Source of the DNA: Acutalibacteraceae bacterium | Lineage (GTDB): Bacteria; Bacillota; Clostridia; Oscillospirales; Acutalibacteraceae | Direction: 5' to 3' | Assembly: GCA_045591425.1 (NCBI GenBank) | Contig: JAZNSX010000041.1 | Coordinates: 14,804-78,803 of the forward strand | DNA length: 64,000 bases | Part shown: positions 7,563 through 17,311 of the stretch, one piece after another | How positions within the stretch are numbered: the first letter of the stretch is position 1 | Layout of the letters: each line of letters starts with the position of its first letter | The notes under the pieces: generated by a model | The model's database searches: none | The model's input: the letters and a program-made list of their open reading frames with translations, nothing else | Told to the model about the DNA's origin: nothing | Position numbers and translations under genes: made by a program

Positions 7563-10500
7563 TTAATTAATGTTATAAAGAAGCTGATACAGTTCCTTGC
7601 CGTTCTGAGTTTTGTAATATTGGCTGTTGATGATGATTGTTCCGTCGCTGCAAATTATGAAAAAGTATTCGTCGCCGTTTCTGTCGATTATAGAAACCGA
7701 GAAATGTGATTTTGACGGCTGCTTTTCAACGGACTGAAGGGCGAAGTTGTTGGAATAATTCAATATCTGCCGTGCCGTTTCCTCTGGCAGTAAATTGTAG
7801 CAGTAAGAAACGCCGGATGTTCCGGGATAAACCGTTACGGAAAGCGGATTTTCGATTTTTGCGCCTGCATTCAGCTTTGACGACACATATTTTGTGATTG
7901 TGAATTCAATAGAAAAAACTCCTGTTTTTCCGTTTGTATTTACGGGTAAAGTCAGGCAGTATCTTCCGTTGGCAGGAGTGTCAAGATATTTTTTTACCGG
8001 AAGAGGAATATGCATCAGCGTGTTGCTGTAAAGCTGAACGGGCTCTGAGCTTTCTTCTGCAATCTGCGGGCAAGCAATCCAAATTCCGTCAACCTGTTTT
8101 TCAAGAACATAGCTTTTGCCGACATGGCATTCAACCGGACTACGATTAATAAGAGTAAGGCAGAAGTAATAGCCTTCATATGATTTTTGAAGCTCTATGC
8201 CCAAAAGCTCAAAGGAACTCATTTCGGCAGCTTTTATGTCAGTAACAACATATTTTTCTTTCGGTTCGCTTGAAGGGCTTGTAATTTCTTCAAATATTTT
8301 AACCGTTGTTTGCGGGGCAATTCCCGTATAAAGCGGTGTTTTGGAGGTGTACTGAGTTACATCGTTCTTATTTATATGGGGCTTGGTGATTTGCGGAATA
8401 TTCTGTGAATATTCGGGCGCCGTGCTTGACTGAGATTCTGATTTCAGTATTTCATCATATATATCCGCCACCGTTTTGAAGAGTTCCGTGTTTTCTGCTT
8501 GATATTTATTATTCTCCGCGTCGAGAATCCAAGTCAGTGTTGCGTAAAATGAATGGACGCTGTTATCTTCGTCGGTTATCTGAACGCAAAAAACCGAGTC
8601 GGGATTCACGTCGTCCGTGCTGCTGTCTGAAGTAAGCTTTGTTGAATTGAAAAGCTTTGCAATCCTTTTCATTTGTTCATGTGACAGCGTAAATGTCTTC
8701 GGGTTGTTATACCCTTTGCTTATCCATCCGTGAACGGGGGAGGAAATTTTCTCTGTTATTTCGGCTTTGCTGCCTGTCGCCAGAGAATCATATGTCAGCT
8801 CAGGCATTATGTTTTCGGGCGTTTCGCTGCCGATTTGGAACTGAATCGAAGCCTCGGCATATTCGCCGAAGGGAGTTTCAATGCTCAAATCCAAAAAGTA
8901 TTTATAGTCTTTGAAAATAGTGTTGACAAAGGGCGAGAGATCATAAATGCAGAGATATTCTTTGCCCGACTCCGCTCCGCCTGCGATTGAATACATCGGT
9001 GTGCTGTAGGATTTGTTTGGGTTTCTTTCAATTGTCTTTCCTTCGGATTCATTGTATTCATTGAGCACTCTCATTGAAAAGTTGCCGTCAATTCTGTAAT
9101 AAGGAGTTTGGAGCGTGTTATAAGCCTGCATGGTGTTGGTGATTTTCATAACGAGAACGGGATTCCCCATGTATTCAACAAGCTCAAAGCCTATAGGATA
9201 AAGATTTTCAAAAATCTCATTTGAATTGCTTGTAAAAAGCACACGCTCAAGCTTATATCTTCCGCCGTAAGCTTTTTTGAATCTTTCTTCCGATTTTGCC
9301 GCTATTTTGTTCCATATGATTTCGGCATATTTCGTTTTATCACCCATGTCAACAGGGGGATTGTCACGTATATTTTCAATTTCGGTTATAACCATGCTGT
9401 CGTTGAATTTTGCTTTAATCATTACCGGCGCGGCATCGGGCTCGGCGACAAGCGGGTCGTTTTCGCTGAAAATCTTTTTAACCATTGCTTTTAATTCGGC
9501 TGCATCCTTTTCCTCCGTGCCGTTAAGCCAGTCAGAATATGAATAATCACATGCGCGCAGATGCATCCAGCAATAGGCTGTGTTATCTTCGCCCATTTCA
9601 ACAATCTCAACTCCGACAACTGCGTCGCTGCCGTTTTCAATATAAAGCTCAATGCTTTCTTCTTCTTTTGCGTATTTGTCTTTTTCGTTGGATGCATTTG
9701 TAAGGCATATAATACCCGCAGTTAAGCAGAGAACAATGCAGACTGTAATTGCAATGACTTTCGGTTTTTTAAATTTTAAAATATTTACAACCCTTTCTTC
9801 AACGCCGTTTTCGCCAAATGAAAGGGGAGCGGCTGCGAGAAAACGCTTGTTTGAGCCGATTGCAACAAGGGTTAAGCCGTAAGTCTTCTTTTCTTGCTCT
9901 CCCAAAGATTTCAAAACCTTTTCGTCGCAGCTCATTTCCATGTCACGTGTCATCAGGCTGAAAGCAACCCATACCAAAGGATTATACCAATGAAGCGCAA
10001 GAACTGTAAAAGCGATGAGCTTTGTTATATGATCAAAGCGCTTAATGTGTGTTTTTTCATGCAGAATAACATATTCCCTGCTTTTTTCATCCATACCGCA
10101 GGGCAGATAAATTCTCGGTTTTAAAAAACCGATTGCAAACGGTGAACGTACATTTTCGCATTCAAAAACATTGCCTTCAAGCTTTGTTGCGAATTCGGTG
10201 CGCTTATTTATTTTTATTAAGGATACAATGCCGTAAACCGCCATGCCGATTATTCCCAGCATCCACACAACAGATAACACATACATAATAATCTGCATGG
10301 GGTTAACGCTTGCGGTGATATCCGCTTCGGGAAGTACTTTATTAACAAGGTTATCGGCTGCTGTGATTCCTGTTTCAATTGCGGGAACGGGCATTGTTCC
10401 GATGTTTTGAGGAACATAGCTGTGAGTGGAAATGTTGTTTATCTCCGTGCTTTGTGTCGGTGCGGAGAAAAGGTTGAAAATGCTGAAAACCGAGGAGAAA

Positions 10501-10670
10501 GAAAAGGGCAGAATCAGCCTGAGAGCAGGAATAATCCAAAGTATATATGAAAATATTTTAGGTGCTTTGCGCAGCAGAACGCGTATCACAATAACTGCGG
10601 CGATTATGTAAGCCCCCGTTATGCTCATATTTAAAAATGTATTAAATATTTGCTGAATTAAATCGAGCAT
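7563..10670 (-). CDS. BlaR1/MecR1-type M56 metallopeptidase sensor with a large extracellular C-terminal region
   Basis: N-terminal TM segments, SPFAIGFLKPRIYLP, HEKTHIKRFDH (HExxH), HWYNPLVW, DMEMSCDE; adjacent blaI-like gene. Confidence 0.88.
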   Translation of the reverse strand: MLDLIQQIFNTFLNMSITGAYIIAAVIVIRVLLRKAPKIFSYILWIIPALRLILPFSFSSVFSIFNLFSAPTQSTEINNISTHSYVPQNIGTMPVPAIETGITAADNLVNKVLPEADITASVNPMQIIMYVLSVVWMLGIIGMAVYGIVSLIKINKRTEFATKLEGNVFECENVRSPFAIGFLKPRIYLPCGMDEKSREYVILHEKTHIKRFDHITKLIAFTVLALHWYNPLVWVAFSLMTRDMEMSCDEKVLKSLGEQEKKTYGLTLVAIGSNKRFLAAAPLSFGENGVEERVVNILKFKKPKVIAITVCIVLCLTAGIICLTNASNEKDKYAKEEESIELYIENGSDAVVGVEIVEMGEDNTAYCWMHLRACDYSYSDWLNGTEEKDAAELKAMVKKIFSENDPLVAEPDAAPVMIKAKFNDSMVITEIENIRDNPPVDMGDKTKYAEIIWNKIAAKSEERFKKAYGGRYKLERVLFTSNSNEIFENLYPIGFELVEYMGNPVLVMKITNTMQAYNTLQTPYYRIDGNFSMRVLNEYNESEGKTIERNPNKSYSTPMYSIAGGAESGKEYLCIYDLSPFVNTIFKDYKYFLDLSIETPFGEYAEASIQFQIGSETPENIMPELTYDSLATGSKAEITEKISSPVHGWISKGYNNPKTFTLSHEQMKRIAKLFNSTKLTSDSSTDDVNPDSVFCVQITDEDNSVHSFYATLTWILDAENNKYQAENTELFKTVADIYDEILKSESQSSTAPEYSQNIPQITKPHINKNDVTQYTSKTPLYTGIAPQTTVKIFEEITSPSSEPKEKYVVTDIKAAEMSSFELLGIELQKSYEGYYFCLTLINRSPVECHVGKSYVLEKQVDGIWIACPQIAEESSEPVQLYSNTLMHIPLPVKKYLDTPANGRYCLTLPVNTNGKTGVFSIEFTITKYVSSKLNAGAKIENPLSVTVYPGTSGVSYCYNLLPEETARQILNYSNNFALQSVEKQPSKSHFSVSIIDRNGDEYFFIICSDGTIIINSQYYKTQNGKELYQLLYNIN

Positions 10671-10672
10671 TT

Positions 10673-11035
10673 TTATCCCTCCTTATGTGAGTTAATAAGC
10701 GCAGTCAGAAAATCCGCTTCGCTTTCCGAAATGGTTTTTCCGCCGAGAAATGATGCAAGAAAAGAGGGAAGAGAGCCATCAAAGGTACGCTCAACAAAAC
10801 ATTCGCTTTCATTTGCCAGCACCATTTCTTTTGGAACAATAACCGAAACAACCGCGCCCTCATTTTTAATCAGCCCTTTTTCGCTCATTTTGCGGATTGC
10901 GTTATATGTGGTTGATTTTTTCCAGCCGAGCTTTTCTTTGCAAAGCTCAACCAGAGCGCCGGAATTAACAGGCGCACTGTCCCAGACAACGCACATGAAT
11001 TTATATTCGCTGTCCCATAAATTCAAATCGCTCAT
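10673..11035 (-). CDS. BlaI/MecI/CopY family transcriptional repressor
   Basis: L.DSEYKFM.VVW, WKKSTT, FVERTFDGSLPSFLASF. Confidence 0.9.
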   Translation of the reverse strand: MSDLNLWDSEYKFMCVVWDSAPVNSGALVELCKEKLGWKKSTTYNAIRKMSEKGLIKNEGAVVSVIVPKEMVLANESECFVERTFDGSLPSFLASFLGGKTISESEADFLTALINSHKEG

Positions 11036-11063
11036 TTAAAATTCCCCGTTTCATACGTTATTT

Positions 11064-11119
11064 TGGTTTGTAACTACAAACCACGATTCAAGTTTACAAT
11101 TATAAACCTATTTTGTCAA
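11064..11119 (-). promoter_or_regulatory. blaI promoter with two palindromic operator-like sites
   Basis: TTGACA-17-TAAACT; palindromes TGGTTTGTA-AC-TACAAACCA (11064-11083) and GTTTACA-AT-TATAAAC (11092-11107). Confidence 0.7.
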
Positions 11120-11320
11120 TAGTTTCATGTAAATTTCGAAAAGTTTTCAGAATATTATGACAGTTTATGCACGTGTAATCTTTGAAATATTCTGCAAGAA
11201 CATTGAATTTATTGAGTACTGTATTTAGTGAATTAACGCTGCAAAACACACAAAAACTTTTATTGATTTTTGTTTAAAACCGACATAACGTAAAATATGT
11301 AATGTCCGGATTGAAAAATC

Positions 11321-11349
11321 TTGACTTTGGTTTGTTTTGGCGATATACT
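11321..11349 (+). promoter_or_regulatory. sigma-A promoter of glutamine synthetase
   Basis: TTGACT-17 nt-TATACT. Confidence 0.7.
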
Positions 11350-11363
11350 AAAAAACACAGTTT

Positions 11364-11402
11364 CGGCAAAGGCGCCATTCGGTGGTGTCTTTGCCGTTTT
11401 TT
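11364..11402 (+). promoter_or_regulatory. leader terminator containing an ANTAR-type hexaloop hairpin
   Basis: CGGCAAAGGCGCCA-TTCGG-TGGTGTCTTTGCCG-TTTTTT; the 5' arm contains GGC-AAAGGC-GCC (loop with A1/G4). Confidence 0.7.
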
Positions 11403-11432
11403 GTCGCATTTCTGAAACAGGAGAGTTATAGT

Positions 11433-13520
11433 ATGAAAAGCATCCCTGAATATTTCGGCTGTATGGTTTTTGATGATAAGGCCATGAAGCTCCGACTGCC
11501 CGAAGAAACATATAAGGCAATGAAAAAAACAATTCAGGACGGAAAGCGTCTTGATACAGCGGTTGCCAAAGTCGTTGCCAATGCCATGAAGGATTGGGCT
11601 GTTGAAAACGGCGCGACTCACTATACTCACTGGTTTCAGCCAATGACGGGAATTACCGCCGAAAAGCATGATAGCTTCATTTCTCCCTGCAAAGATGGCG
11701 GGGTTATTATGGAGTTTTCCGGAAAAGAGCTTGTTAAGGGTGAATCAGATGCTTCAAGCTTCCCTTCGGGCGGATTGCGCGCAACCTTTGAGGCGAGGGG
11801 ATATACCGCATGGGACCCCACATCATATGCGTTCATCAAAGAAGATGTTCTTTGTATTCCGACTGTTTTCTGTTCATACGGCGGCGAAGCTCTTGATATG
11901 AAAACTCCGCTGCTTCGTTCGATGGAAGCCATCAGCAAGCAGGCTGTCAGAATTCTCAGGCTTTTCGGTCAGAATGATGTAACAAGCGTAAAAACGACAG
12001 TCGGTGCGGAGCAGGAATATTTCCTTATCGATACCGATTTATATAACAAGAGAAAAGACCTTATTTTTACCGGCAGAACTCTTTTCGGTGCAAAGCCTCC
12101 CAAAACGCAGGAGCTTGATGACCATTATTTCGGCTCAATCAAAGCCCGTGTCGCCGCCTATATGAAAGACCTTGACGAAGAGCTCTGGAAGCTTGGAATT
12201 CTTGCAAAGACAGAGCATAACGAGGCTGCTCCCGCTCAGCATGAGCTTGCCCCGATTTTCACAACAACAAATATTGCAACTGACCATAATCAGCTCACAA
12301 TGGAGATTATGCAGAAGGTTGCAAAGAAGCATAATATGATTTGCTTGCTTCATGAAAAGCCTTTTGAGGGCGTTAACGGCAGCGGCAAGCATAACAACTG
12401 GTCCATAACCACAAACGAGGGCACTAATCTGCTTGAGCCGGGTGAAACGCCTTATGACAACGCTCAGTTTCTTCTTTTCCTCTGTGCGGTTATCAAGGCT
12501 GTTGACGATTATCAGGATTTGCTCCGTGTTTCCGTTGCCAGTGCAGGCAATGACCACCGACTCGGCGCAGGCGAAGCTCCTCCTGCGGTCATTTCTATGT
12601 TTCTCGGCGATGAGCTTGACGAGATTCTTGAATCAATCAAAAATGATACCGCATATGACGCAAAAGAAAAGGTTCAGTTGAAGGTCGGCGTTCACGTTCT
12701 TCCCAGATTTGCAAAGGACACAACCGATAGAAACAGAACTTCGCCGTTTGCTTTTACCGGCAACAAATTTGAGTTCAGAATGCTCGGCTCAGCAAAATCA
12801 ATAGCAAGCGCAAATATCGTTTTGAATACCGCTGTTGCAGAGTCGCTGAAATCCTATGCCGACAGGCTTGAAAATGTTGATAACTTTGAAGATGCCCTCC
12901 ATTCACTTATTCAAAAAACGATAAAAGACCATAAGCGCATAATTTTTAACGGTAACGGCTATGATGACGAATGGATTAAAGAGGCTGAGGCAAGAGGTCT
13001 TTACAATCTGCCCACAACTCCGGATTGTCTTCCTTGCATAATTGCCGAAAAGAATGTTAAACTTTTTGAAGAACATAAGGTTTTCACCAGAGCAGAGCTT
13101 GAAGCGCGTCATGAAATATATTTTGAGGGCTATTGCAAGACTCTCAATATCGAGGCGCTGACCGTGCTTGATATGGTAAATAAGGATATTCTTCCCGCCA
13201 TCAGCAAGTATGTCGGTAAGCTTTGCAAAACAGCCGAGAGGAAGAAAAACTTTGTGGCTGACAGCACCTATGAGGATGAAATAATTCAAAAGCTTTCAAA
13301 GCTTTCGGCAGTTGCCTATACAAAAACAAATGAGCTTGAAAAAGCAGTTTCCGAAGTTAAATTTACCAAGAATGCCATTGAAGAAGCCAATGCCTTCAAA
13401 AACGTAATTATTCCTCTTATGAACGAGATTCGTGCGGCTGTTGATGAGGCTGAGTGTGCAATGTCATCAACATATTGGCCGTATCCTTCATATGCCGATC
13501 TTCTCTTCGGTGTTAAATAA
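11433..13520 (+). CDS. glnA: glutamine synthetase type III
   Basis: GATHYTHWFQP.TG.TAEKHDSF, DASSFPSGGLRATFEARGYTAWD, HEKPFEGVNGSGKHNNWS, DRNRTSPFAFTGNKFEFR. Confidence 0.95.
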   Translation: MKSIPEYFGCMVFDDKAMKLRLPEETYKAMKKTIQDGKRLDTAVAKVVANAMKDWAVENGATHYTHWFQPMTGITAEKHDSFISPCKDGGVIMEFSGKELVKGESDASSFPSGGLRATFEARGYTAWDPTSYAFIKEDVLCIPTVFCSYGGEALDMKTPLLRSMEAISKQAVRILRLFGQNDVTSVKTTVGAEQEYFLIDTDLYNKRKDLIFTGRTLFGAKPPKTQELDDHYFGSIKARVAAYMKDLDEELWKLGILAKTEHNEAAPAQHELAPIFTTTNIATDHNQLTMEIMQKVAKKHNMICLLHEKPFEGVNGSGKHNNWSITTNEGTNLLEPGETPYDNAQFLLFLCAVIKAVDDYQDLLRVSVASAGNDHRLGAGEAPPAVISMFLGDELDEILESIKNDTAYDAKEKVQLKVGVHVLPRFAKDTTDRNRTSPFAFTGNKFEFRMLGSAKSIASANIVLNTAVAESLKSYADRLENVDNFEDALHSLIQKTIKDHKRIIFNGNGYDDEWIKEAEARGLYNLPTTPDCLPCIIAEKNVKLFEEHKVFTRAELEARHEIYFEGYCKTLNIEALTVLDMVNKDILPAISKYVGKLCKTAERKKNFVADSTYEDEIIQKLSKLSAVAYTKTNELEKAVSEVKFTKNAIEEANAFKNVIIPLMNEIRAAVDEAECAMSSTYWPYPSYADLLFGVK

Positions 13521-13527
13521 AATAAAA

Positions 13528-13562
13528 CGTGAGCCGCTCAGCCTGAGCAGCTCACATTTTTT
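13528..13562 (+). terminator. intrinsic terminator
   Basis: GTGAGCCGCTCA-GCC-TGAGCAGCTCAC followed by a T-run. Confidence 0.75.
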
Positions 13563-13613
13563 ATTATAAAATCTGTTTGCCATACATATAAAATATATGG
13601 AGGTATATGGCTT

Positions 13614-14453
13614 ATGAATTTTGATTTTATGGAAATTATTAAAGTTATAATTATCGGAATAATAGAGGGAATAACAGAATGGCTGCCGATAAGCAGTACG
13701 GGTCATATGCTGCTTTTTGATGCGTTTGTTCCGCTGAAAATGAGCGAAGACTTCAAGGAAATGTTTTTTGTTGTTATTCAACTCGGTGCAATAATGGCGG
13801 TTGCGGTGATGTTTTGGAAAAAAATGTTCCCGTTTGGTTATGCCGATAAAAAACTTCAGATAAAGAAAAGCATTGTAATGATGTGGCTGAAGGTTGTTGC
13901 GGGATGTCTTCCTGCGGCTGTTCTCGGATTGCTTCTTGATGGTTTTCTTGAAGAGCATTTCGGCAATGCCGTAACAATTTCGTTTATGCTCATACTTTAC
14001 GGTGCAGCGTTTATCCTTATTGAAAATAAAAATAAAAGCAGCAAACCCAAAATAAATTCAATAGCAGGAATTGATTATAAAACAGCCGTAATAATCGGGT
14101 TTTTCCAGGCACTTTCAATGATACCGGGAACATCTCGCTCGGGTGCAACGATAGTCGGTGCGCTTCTTATAGGTGTTTCGAGAACAGCCGCCGCAGAGTT
14201 TACCTTCTTCCTTGCCGTGCCTACAATGCTCGGCGCAAGTGCCCTGAAACTTTTGAAATTCGGATTTGATTTCAGCAGCACGGAAATTACGGTTCTTTTA
14301 ATCGGCATGATTGTTGCCTTCGCCGTATCGCTTTTTGCGATAAAATTCCTTATGGAATATGTCAAAAAACACGACTTCAAGGTGTTCGGATATTATCGCA
14401 TAGGGCTAGGCATTCTGGTATTGCTCGTTTCATTTTTAACAGAAAATATTTGA
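13614..14453 (+). CDS. uppP: undecaprenyl-diphosphate phosphatase
   Basis: GIIEGITEWLPISSTGH, IQLGAI, PGTSRSGATI, AAEFTFFLAVP. Confidence 0.95.
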   Translation: MNFDFMEIIKVIIIGIIEGITEWLPISSTGHMLLFDAFVPLKMSEDFKEMFFVVIQLGAIMAVAVMFWKKMFPFGYADKKLQIKKSIVMMWLKVVAGCLPAAVLGLLLDGFLEEHFGNAVTISFMLILYGAAFILIENKNKSSKPKINSIAGIDYKTAVIIGFFQALSMIPGTSRSGATIVGALLIGVSRTAAAEFTFFLAVPTMLGASALKLLKFGFDFSSTEITVLLIGMIVAFAVSLFAIKFLMEYVKKHDFKVFGYYRIGLGILVLLVSFLTENI

Positions 14454-14468
14454 TATAAAACAGAAAAT

Positions 14469-14496
14469 CACCGCCAAAGGTTTAACTTTGGCGGTG
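14469..14496. terminator. terminator hairpin between convergent uppP and the ligase operon
   Basis: CACCGCCAAAG-GTTTAA-CTTTGGCGGTG. Confidence 0.75.
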
Positions 14497-14504
14497 TAAC
14501 TATT

Positions 14505-16187
14505 TTATTTAGCTGAGTCATTCTGACGTATTTCTACTCGTCTTACCTTGCCGCTGAATGTCTTGGGAAGCTCGTCAACAAACTCAATTATTCTCGGATA
14601 TTTGTAAGGTGCGGTGTTTGTTTTTACATATGTCTGAAGCTCTTTTACAAGCTCATCCGAGCCTTCAAATCCGGGTCTGAGAACAACCGTAGCCTTAACG
14701 ATAAAGCCTCTTACGGGGTCGGGAACACCGGTAACCGCAACCTCGAGCACCGAGGGATGCTCAAGCATAACGCTTTCAATCTCAAAGGGTCCGATTCGGT
14801 AGCCCGAAGATTTGATAACGTCATCGTTTCTTCCGAAATAAACAAATCTGCCCTGTTCATCTCTGTATGCAAGGTCGCCAGTGTGGAAAAAACCGTTTCT
14901 GTAAGCATCTGCGGTGTCTTCTTCGCTGAAATTGTAGCTTGCAACAACGCCGCAGGGATGTTCTTCGGGAGAGGGGGATTTAATACAGATTTCACCGATT
15001 GTACCTCTCTGGCAATGATTTCCGTCCTCGTCAAGAATGTGAACCTTAAGACCGGGGGCGGGGAAGCCGATTGCGCCGGGCATCGGTTTTGTCCAGGGGT
15101 AAAGGGTGCATATGCTGACGGGGGTTTCACTCATGCCGAAGCCTTCATGAATTTCAAGACCTGTTGCCTCTTTCCATTTGTTGAAAATGTCGGCGTTGAG
15201 TGCTTCGCCTGCTGTACAGCAGTGGGTGATTGATGAAAGGTCATATTTGCTTACATCGTTCTGAAGCATGAGTCTGTACATTGTAGGGGGGACGCAGAAG
15301 GTTGTAACCTTATATTTTTCAAGCTTTGAAAGAATATCCGCGCCGTCGAACTTGTCAAAATCATAAACAAGGTTTGCGCTTTCGCCCATCCACTGACCGT
15401 AATATTTACCCCAGAGCGATTTTGCCCAGCCCGAATCTGAAACGGTGAAGTGCATTCCACCATCGACAACTCTGTGCCAGAAAACGCCGGTCATAATATG
15501 ACCGAGGGGATATTTGAAATCATGAGCAATGATTTTGGGGTAGCCGGTTGTGCCGGAGGAGAAGTTGATAATCATTGTGTCATCAACCGTTGTTGCGGCA
15601 TCGCCTGTGGGTCTTGTCCAATCTTCGCTTGCTTTATCGAAGCCTTCTTCAAAGTCGATCCAGCCTTCGACAGACTTGTGCTTTGTTACGAATTTTTTTT
15701 CAATGGTTTCGTATTCGTCTTTTCTGTCGTCAAAATACTCAGTGCAGTTGTCGTCGCCCGTGATAATAGCATACTTTATCTGAGCTTTATTGCAGCGGTA
15801 AACATAGTCCTTGCCCTTGAGCATGTTTGAAGCGGGTACCATGATTGCGCCTATTTTATTAAGCGCGAGTGTGATAATCCAGAAAAGATAACTTCTTTTT
15901 AGAATGAGAAGAACGGGGTCGCCTTTTTTAATGCCTTCAGAAACGAGGTAATTTGCCGCTTTATCCGAAAGACGCTTCATGTCACCGAAGGTGAATCTTT
16001 TTTCCTCGCCTACGTTGGAAACATAGAGCAGTGCAAGCTTGTCCGGCTTCTCTGTTCCCAAAACATCAATTACGTCGTAAGCGTAGTTAAAATTGTTTTC
16101 ATATGTGATTTTAAAGTTTTCCTGACAGTCTTTAAGTGATATAAACGAATCTCTTGACCTGCCAATGAATTTTTCGTATATAGGCAT
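14505..16187 (-). CDS. AMP-forming acyl-CoA synthetase (short/medium-chain acid, ACSM-like)
   Basis: FSSGTTGYPK, GFGMSET, TGDLAY, GRNDDVIKSSGYRIGPFEIES, TAPYKYPR, LPKTFSGK. Confidence 0.9.
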   Translation of the reverse strand: MPIYEKFIGRSRDSFISLKDCQENFKITYENNFNYAYDVIDVLGTEKPDKLALLYVSNVGEEKRFTFGDMKRLSDKAANYLVSEGIKKGDPVLLILKRSYLFWIITLALNKIGAIMVPASNMLKGKDYVYRCNKAQIKYAIITGDDNCTEYFDDRKDEYETIEKKFVTKHKSVEGWIDFEEGFDKASEDWTRPTGDAATTVDDTMIINFSSGTTGYPKIIAHDFKYPLGHIMTGVFWHRVVDGGMHFTVSDSGWAKSLWGKYYGQWMGESANLVYDFDKFDGADILSKLEKYKVTTFCVPPTMYRLMLQNDVSKYDLSSITHCCTAGEALNADIFNKWKEATGLEIHEGFGMSETPVSICTLYPWTKPMPGAIGFPAPGLKVHILDEDGNHCQRGTIGEICIKSPSPEEHPCGVVASYNFSEEDTADAYRNGFFHTGDLAYRDEQGRFVYFGRNDDVIKSSGYRIGPFEIESVMLEHPSVLEVAVTGVPDPVRGFIVKATVVLRPGFEGSDELVKELQTYVKTNTAPYKYPRIIEFVDELPKTFSGKVRRVEIRQNDSAK

Positions 16188-16205
16188 TATTCTGACTCCT
16201 GATGA

Positions 16206-16754
16206 TTATTTTAACACAAGTGCAATAAACTGCGCCTGAGTATCGCCCACGTTCTTGTGAGCATGGGGGATGGTGGAATCAAAATATGCACTGTCGCCTT
16301 CGTTAAGCTCGTAGCAAATGTCGCCGATATAGAGATGAAGGCTTCCTGAAAGAACATAGTCAAATTCCTGACCTTCGTGTTCGTCCATTACGGGGGGATT
16401 GCCCGAAGGGTCGATAGTTACAAGGAAGGGCTCTGCCTTTTTGTTTCTGAAAGTGTATGCAAGGTGTGAGAATTCGTAGCCGGGATTTCTGTTAACAACA
16501 TAGCCCTTGCCTTTTTTAACAACCGTGCAGGATGTAAGGCGGGGAGATTCGCCGCTGATGATGTCAAGAATATCAACGCCGAGAATAAGAGCGATGTTGT
16601 TGAGCGTGCTGATAGCGAAATCATATTCGCCGTGCTCAAAAGCAATATAGTTTTCCTCGGAAATTTCCAGCTTTTCTGCCATGTCTGCTGCTGTGAAGCC
16701 GCAGGTTTCGCGAAGGGAAGCAACTCGCAGGCCAATTTCTTTTAATTCAAGCAT
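16206..16754 (-). CDS. XRE-family HTH / cupin transcriptional regulator
   Basis: N-terminal XRE HTH; C-terminal cupin HEGQEFDYVLSG...EGDSAYFDSTIPH. Confidence 0.88.
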   Translation of the reverse strand: MLELKEIGLRVASLRETCGFTAADMAEKLEISEENYIAFEHGEYDFAISTLNNIALILGVDILDIISGESPRLTSCTVVKKGKGYVVNRNPGYEFSHLAYTFRNKKAEPFLVTIDPSGNPPVMDEHEGQEFDYVLSGSLHLYIGDICYELNEGDSAYFDSTIPHAHKNVGDTQAQFIALVLK

Positions 16755-16778
16755 GTGGGTTTCTCCTAATCGTTATTT

Positions 16779-17309
16779 TTAATAATTGTAGCCGAGTTCA
16801 ACCGCTTTGATGTTAAGTTCAATAAGGTTTGCTTTCTTTGCGGGAACAAGCTTTGTCATGGTCTTTTCAACATTTTCATAGGGCATAACGCCTGCATGCT
16901 TAATCATATGACCAATCATAATCATGTTTGCAAGACCGGGAAGATTTTCGTCTGAAGCAAGCTTTGTTGCGGGAATGTAATAAACCTCAACATCGTCTCT
17001 TTCAACCTTGCGGTCGATGAGAGAGCTGTCAACAAAAATCTTTGCGCCGGAAACTGCGCTTGCTTCAAACTTGTCAAGCGAAGGCAGGTTCATGGCAACA
17101 AGAACGTTGGGGTTTGAAACGATGGGGGAGCCGATTTTAGTGTCGCTGAGAATAACGGAGCAGTTGCATGTACCGCCTCTCATTTCGGGACCGTAGGAAG
17201 GAAGCCAGCTGACTTCTCTGTCCTCAAGAAGACCGTCATATGCAAGAAACTTGCCTGAGAAAAGGATGCCCTGACCGCCGAAACCGGCGAGAAGAATTTC
17301 ATGTGTCAT
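16779..17309 (-). CDS. 2-oxoacid:ferredoxin oxidoreductase gamma subunit
   Basis: ILLAGFGGQGIL, WLPSYGPEMRGG, ANMIMIG. Confidence 0.92.
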   Translation of the reverse strand: MTHEILLAGFGGQGILFSGKFLAYDGLLEDREVSWLPSYGPEMRGGTCNCSVILSDTKIGSPIVSNPNVLVAMNLPSLDKFEASAVSGAKIFVDSSLIDRKVERDDVEVYYIPATKLASDENLPGLANMIMIGHMIKHAGVMPYENVEKTMTKLVPAKKANLIELNIKAVELGYNY

Positions 17310-17311
17310 GA

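Noticed and set aside
7563-11035. Beta-lactam resistance locus
   Set aside because: There is no beta-lactamase or mecA-like gene and no penicillin-binding sensor domain. Only the regulatory fold is shared.
11260-11669. Two minus-strand ORFs (127 and 131 aa) over the glnA start
   Set aside because: Antisense shadows of glnA and its leader, with no recognisable motifs. The same applies to the many other short overlapping ORFs in the track.
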